48,840 bases of DNA from Candidatus Giovannonibacteria bacterium RIFCSPLOWO2_02_FULL_45_28 (GTDB taxonomy: Bacteria; Patescibacteriota; Minisyncoccia; UBA11713; 2-01-FULL-45-33), in contig MFIM01000027.1 in NCBI GenBank assembly GCA_001780725.1, positions 1-48,840 of the forward strand, given 5' to 3'. Below are positions 45,818-48,840 of this stretch, in pieces. The translations under genes and the position numbers were made by a program. The notes below the pieces were generated by a model. The model had not been told where the DNA came from and searched no databases. It saw nothing but the letters and a program-made list of their open reading frames with translations. The stretch's first letter is position 1; the number at the start of each line of letters is the position of its first letter.

Positions 45818-46212
45818 ATTTTTCTTTGGAAAATATCAGGCCCAATGTCAGGGCTCTGGCGGAAAAATTAAGCGCCAAAAGTTTTATTAGTAAGTTTTAT
45901 TTGGCGGGCGGAACTGCTATCGCACTATTTTTTAATCATAGGCGTTCTGACGATTTAGACTTTTTTTCGGAAAAAATGTTTAAAGGAGTGGCTTTGATAA
46001 ACAATTTAAAAAAAACAGGTAAATTCGAAACACTCAAAACAGACGAAAACACCTTAATCGGCAAATTAAATGGCGTCAAAAGTCTTGCTTATTTTAATGA
46101 CGCAGAATACGATGAAATGCCAGAAATGTATATTGATATTAAATGGCGGGAGGTAAAAAATTTTTTCTTGAAACAAAAGTTGGTTTTAGCCAAAAAGTTC
46201 TTCGGAATTTAA
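45814..46212 (+). pseudogene. AbiEii-family toxin with in-frame internal deletion
   Basis: FYLAGGTAIAL..HRRSDDLDFF..GVK joined directly to SLAYFNDAE; 132 aa vs 218 aa neighbour; K..R..D..D helix region missing. Confidence 0.7.
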
Positions 46213-46258
46213 TTGTGCGAGAATCAAGCGGCTTTATAATCTCGGCCGTTAGACAAAT

Positions 46259-47338
46259 ATGAAATTTGCGTTAAAAATCATATTTATATTTCTGATTTTT
46301 GTGGCCATTCTTATTTTACTTGCTCCGGCAAAACAGAAACTTTCTTACGGAGTCACTTTTTCGCAAAAATTTTCAGAAGAGTTTGGGTTTGAATCTGCAA
46401 ACGGTATGGCGGGTTGGAAGCGGAATTATCTCGCGCTTCTGGACGATTTGAAAGTTAAAGATTTGCGTCTCGTAGCATATTGGGATTTGGTAGAACCCGC
46501 CGAAAGCCAATTTAATTTTAAAGATTTGGATTGGCAAATTACCGAAGCTGAAAAACGCGGAGCAAAAATTATTTTAGTAGTAGGCAGAAAAGTGCCAAGA
46601 TGGCCGGAATGTCACATTCCATCATGGGCGCGCTTTTCAACGCCACCCGGGAAGAAGTCCGACTTCTTTGGGGTTTCGAAGTCCGACTTCGAGGAGGGCG
46701 GCGTTTTCCAGCGCGCCCAATTACTAAATTACATTAAAACAACCATAGAACACTACCGCTCCAACCCCGCTATCATTGCTTGGCAGGTTGAAAACGAACC
46801 CCTGTTTCCGTTCGGCGAGTGCGGCACAATTCCAGTTTCGCTTTTAAATCAGGAAATTAAATTGGTGAAATCGTTGAGCAATAAGCCGGTTATTTTAACC
46901 GATTCCGGCGAGTTGGGGTTCGCTTGGCCGTACCTTGCCGCAAAATCCGACATCTTCGGCACTACATTATATAGATATATAAACAACAGATTTTTAGGCG
47001 ATATCCGTTATTCGCTTATTCCGGCTTATTATTTTAGAATTAAAGCGCGGTGGGCTGGCAAGATTTTAGGGAAACAAATAATAATTTCTGAGCTGCAAGC
47101 CGAACCGTGGTCGCAAGTTTCCCTTGCCGAGACTTCTTTTGATGACCAAGCTAAAAGTATGAGTCCGGAAAAATTCAGAGAAATTATTGATTACGCCGAA
47201 CGAAGCGGTTTTCCTAAGGCCTATCTTTGGGGCGCGGAATGGTGGTATTGGATGAAAGAAAAACAAGGGAGGCCGGAGATGTGGGAAGCGGCACGGAGCG
47301 CAATTAATAACCCGCCTGCCGGACGGGCAGGTTTCTAA
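46259..47338 (+). CDS. membrane-anchored clan GH-A glycoside hydrolase (GH5/GH42-like)
   Basis: YWDLVEP..F.F..LDWQI, PRWPECH, WQVENEP, ISELQAEPW, YLWG. Confidence 0.8.
   Translation: MKFALKIIFIFLIFVAILILLAPAKQKLSYGVTFSQKFSEEFGFESANGMAGWKRNYLALLDDLKVKDLRLVAYWDLVEPAESQFNFKDLDWQITEAEKRGAKIILVVGRKVPRWPECHIPSWARFSTPPGKKSDFFGVSKSDFEEGGVFQRAQLLNYIKTTIEHYRSNPAIIAWQVENEPLFPFGECGTIPVSLLNQEIKLVKSLSNKPVILTDSGELGFAWPYLAAKSDIFGTTLYRYINNRFLGDIRYSLIPAYYFRIKARWAGKILGKQIIISELQAEPWSQVSLAETSFDDQAKSMSPEKFREIIDYAERSGFPKAYLWGAEWWYWMKEKQGRPEMWEAARSAINNPPAGRAGF
46639..46705 (+). repeat. GGGAA/GAGGA structured element, copy 6
   Basis: AACGCCACCC-GGGAA-GAAGTCCGACTTC-N11-GAAGTCCGACTTC-GAGGA-GGGCGGCGTT. Confidence 0.85.
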
Positions 47339-47359
47339 TTTCTAATATCTAATTTCTAA
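47332..47359 (+). repeat. heptamer tandem repeat (TWTCTAA)4
   Basis: Fills the gap between the two GH genes and includes the upstream stop. Confidence 0.75.
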
Positions 47360-48621
47360 TGCAGTACAAATTTCCAAAAAATTTTTTGTGGGGGGCGGCG
47401 ACTGCCGCTCATCAAGTTGAGGGTTGGAATCATAATGATTGGAGTGAATGGGAAAAAGAAAATGCTAGTCGTTTAGCAGAAAATACCGAAAACAATATAT
47501 CATCTTACACTAGACGCTGGAAATTGCCAGATTATATAAAAAATTCTTACCCATCGCCGTTTAGCCCAGAAAATTACATTTCCGGTCGGGCTTGTGACCA
47601 TTATAATCGCTTCCGCGAGGACTTTGATATCGCTAAGTCTCTTGGCCACAATTCCCACCGTTTCTCTATTGAATGGTCTAGAATTGAACCGGAGGAGGGG
47701 AGATGGGATGAAAAAGAAATCGCTCATTATCAGGAAGTGATCAATGCGCTTAGAGAACGAGGGATTGAGCCGTTCGTGACACTTTGGCATTGGACATTGC
47801 CTGTTTGGGTCGCCAAACAAGGCGGTTGGGAAAACAAGAAAACAATAGGTAATTTCGCACGCTACGCAGAAAAAATTGTTGAATCTTATCCTGAAGTAAA
47901 GTTTTGGATTACGCTAAATGAACCGGAAATTTATACAATGAATAGTTATTTGCGCGGGAAACGGCCCCCGCAGAAAAAATCGTTTTTTAAATTCTTGAAA
48001 GTTTATAGAAACTTGGCAGAGGCGCATAAAAAAGTTTACATCATAATTCATCCCACTTGGGTGTCGGACACCCAAGTGGGAATTGCCAAAAACAACTCTT
48101 ATTTTGAGGGCTGGCTCGCGCCGATTTTAAATTATCTTTGGAATAATTGGTTTTTGAACAAAATCAAAAATCATCAGGATTTTATCGGGCTAAACTATTA
48201 TTTCCATAATCGCATTAAGGGTTTTAAATACAATCAAAATGAAAACAAGTGGGTATCCGATCCCGTGTGGGACGGTAATTTTTGGGAAATTTATCCGGAA
48301 GGGATTTATCATGTTTTGAAAGATTTAAAAAAACATAACAAGCCGATTTATATTACCGAAAACGGGGTTGCGGACGCGCGCGATGTTTATCGCGAAAAAT
48401 TCATAAAAGAACATTTGCGCTGGGTTCACAAGGCTATTTCCGAAGGCACAGACGTGCGTGGATATTTTTATTGGTCGCTTTTGGACAATTTTGAGTGGGA
48501 TAGCGGTTTTGCGCCGCGATTTGGATTGGTTGAAATGAATTACCGCACAATGGAGCGCCAGATTAGACAAAGCGCCTACGCTTATGCTAAGATAGCGAGA
48601 GAAAATTCAGTGACGGCATGA
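47359..48621 (+). CDS. glycoside hydrolase family 1 (beta-glucosidase/galactosidase)
   Basis: FLWGAATAAHQVEG, RFSIEWSRIEP, TLNEP, ITENG, WSLLDNFEW. Confidence 0.93.
   Translation: MQYKFPKNFLWGAATAAHQVEGWNHNDWSEWEKENASRLAENTENNISSYTRRWKLPDYIKNSYPSPFSPENYISGRACDHYNRFREDFDIAKSLGHNSHRFSIEWSRIEPEEGRWDEKEIAHYQEVINALRERGIEPFVTLWHWTLPVWVAKQGGWENKKTIGNFARYAEKIVESYPEVKFWITLNEPEIYTMNSYLRGKRPPQKKSFFKFLKVYRNLAEAHKKVYIIIHPTWVSDTQVGIAKNNSYFEGWLAPILNYLWNNWFLNKIKNHQDFIGLNYYFHNRIKGFKYNQNENKWVSDPVWDGNFWEIYPEGIYHVLKDLKKHNKPIYITENGVADARDVYREKFIKEHLRWVHKAISEGTDVRGYFYWSLLDNFEWDSGFAPRFGLVEMNYRTMERQIRQSAYAYAKIARENSVTA
48051..48081. repeat. perfect palindrome in the GH1 gene
   Basis: TCCCACTTGGGTGTC-G-GACACCCAAGTGGGA, encodes PTWVSDTQVG. 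Confidence 0.85.
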
Positions 48622-48840
48622 TAAAAGGAATCATTTTTGATCTTGATATGTGCATATGCGATACTTTGACTGTTCCAAAAAGCGCTTTGGATCCTGCTTT
48701 AAAAATATTGCGTAACTCCGCGTTGTCGCCGCAATTGGTGGCAGAGGTTGAGACCGCTCTATGGAATACCAGCTGGGATGATATTATTCAGATTTATTCA
48801 ATTCCGGAGCCAATTGCCAGCGAACTGGGAAACGCGTATG
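48618..48840 (+). CDS. HAD-family hydrolase (partial, runs off the window)
   Basis: MIKGIIFDLDMCICDT motif I; ATGA overlap with the GH1 stop. Confidence 0.75.
   Translation, partial: MIKGIIFDLDMCICDTLTVPKSALDPALKILRNSALSPQLVAEVETALWNTSWDDIIQIYSIPEPIASELGNAY

Noticed and set aside
34572-46212. tRNA-Glu-anchored integrative island or prophage
   Set aside because: No integrase, no duplicated tRNA 3' end found by eye, and no capsid or terminase genes; the HTH is part of a membrane protein.
932-48570. Numerous antisense and nested ORFs in the track (e.g. 1189..1836, 32728..33249, 37201..37683)
   Set aside because: Shadows of well-supported genes on the other strand or frame, with no motifs of their own.
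938-48621. Stop-codon reassignment (code 25 or 4)
   Set aside because: Conserved genes are full length under code 11, and several end at TGA in the expected place (murA, rseP, rsmH, ftsI).

Overview
Bacterial chromosome segment, standard code. It looks like Patescibacteria/CPR (Parcubacteria-like); this is inferred from the reduced cell-wall and division gene order, truncated holB, tRNAs without CCA, and giant HTH/GNVGIGT and GPGGC-repeat surface proteins. Housekeeping backbone: clpB, 4 tRNAs, rpmG, pcm, mltG, gpsA, rpsP-khpA-trmD, murA, mreB x2, frr, rseP, proS, mreCD-mrdA, greA, lysS, mraZ-rsmH-ftsL-ftsI-murF. It is interrupted by four toxin-antitoxin pairs, surface/adhesin genes and two glycoside hydrolases. 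Most unusual observations: (1) six copies of a structured element with a co-varying outer stem, a fixed GGGAA/GA(G/A)GA internal loop and palindromic 13-mers, five of them in-frame inside genes including murA; (2) a GxxExxY nuclease-family gene enclosed by mirror-spaced inverted repeat arrays; (3) a (wHTH-metallophosphoesterase)x2 protein with a Dbr1-like C-x-H motif next to a CwfJ-like HIT gene; (4) surface proteins built from variable modules between DNA-conserved joints, with TA cassettes stacked behind a duplicated LamG 3' end; (5) pervasive leaderless promoters. All family calls come from motifs read by eye; no database search was run.
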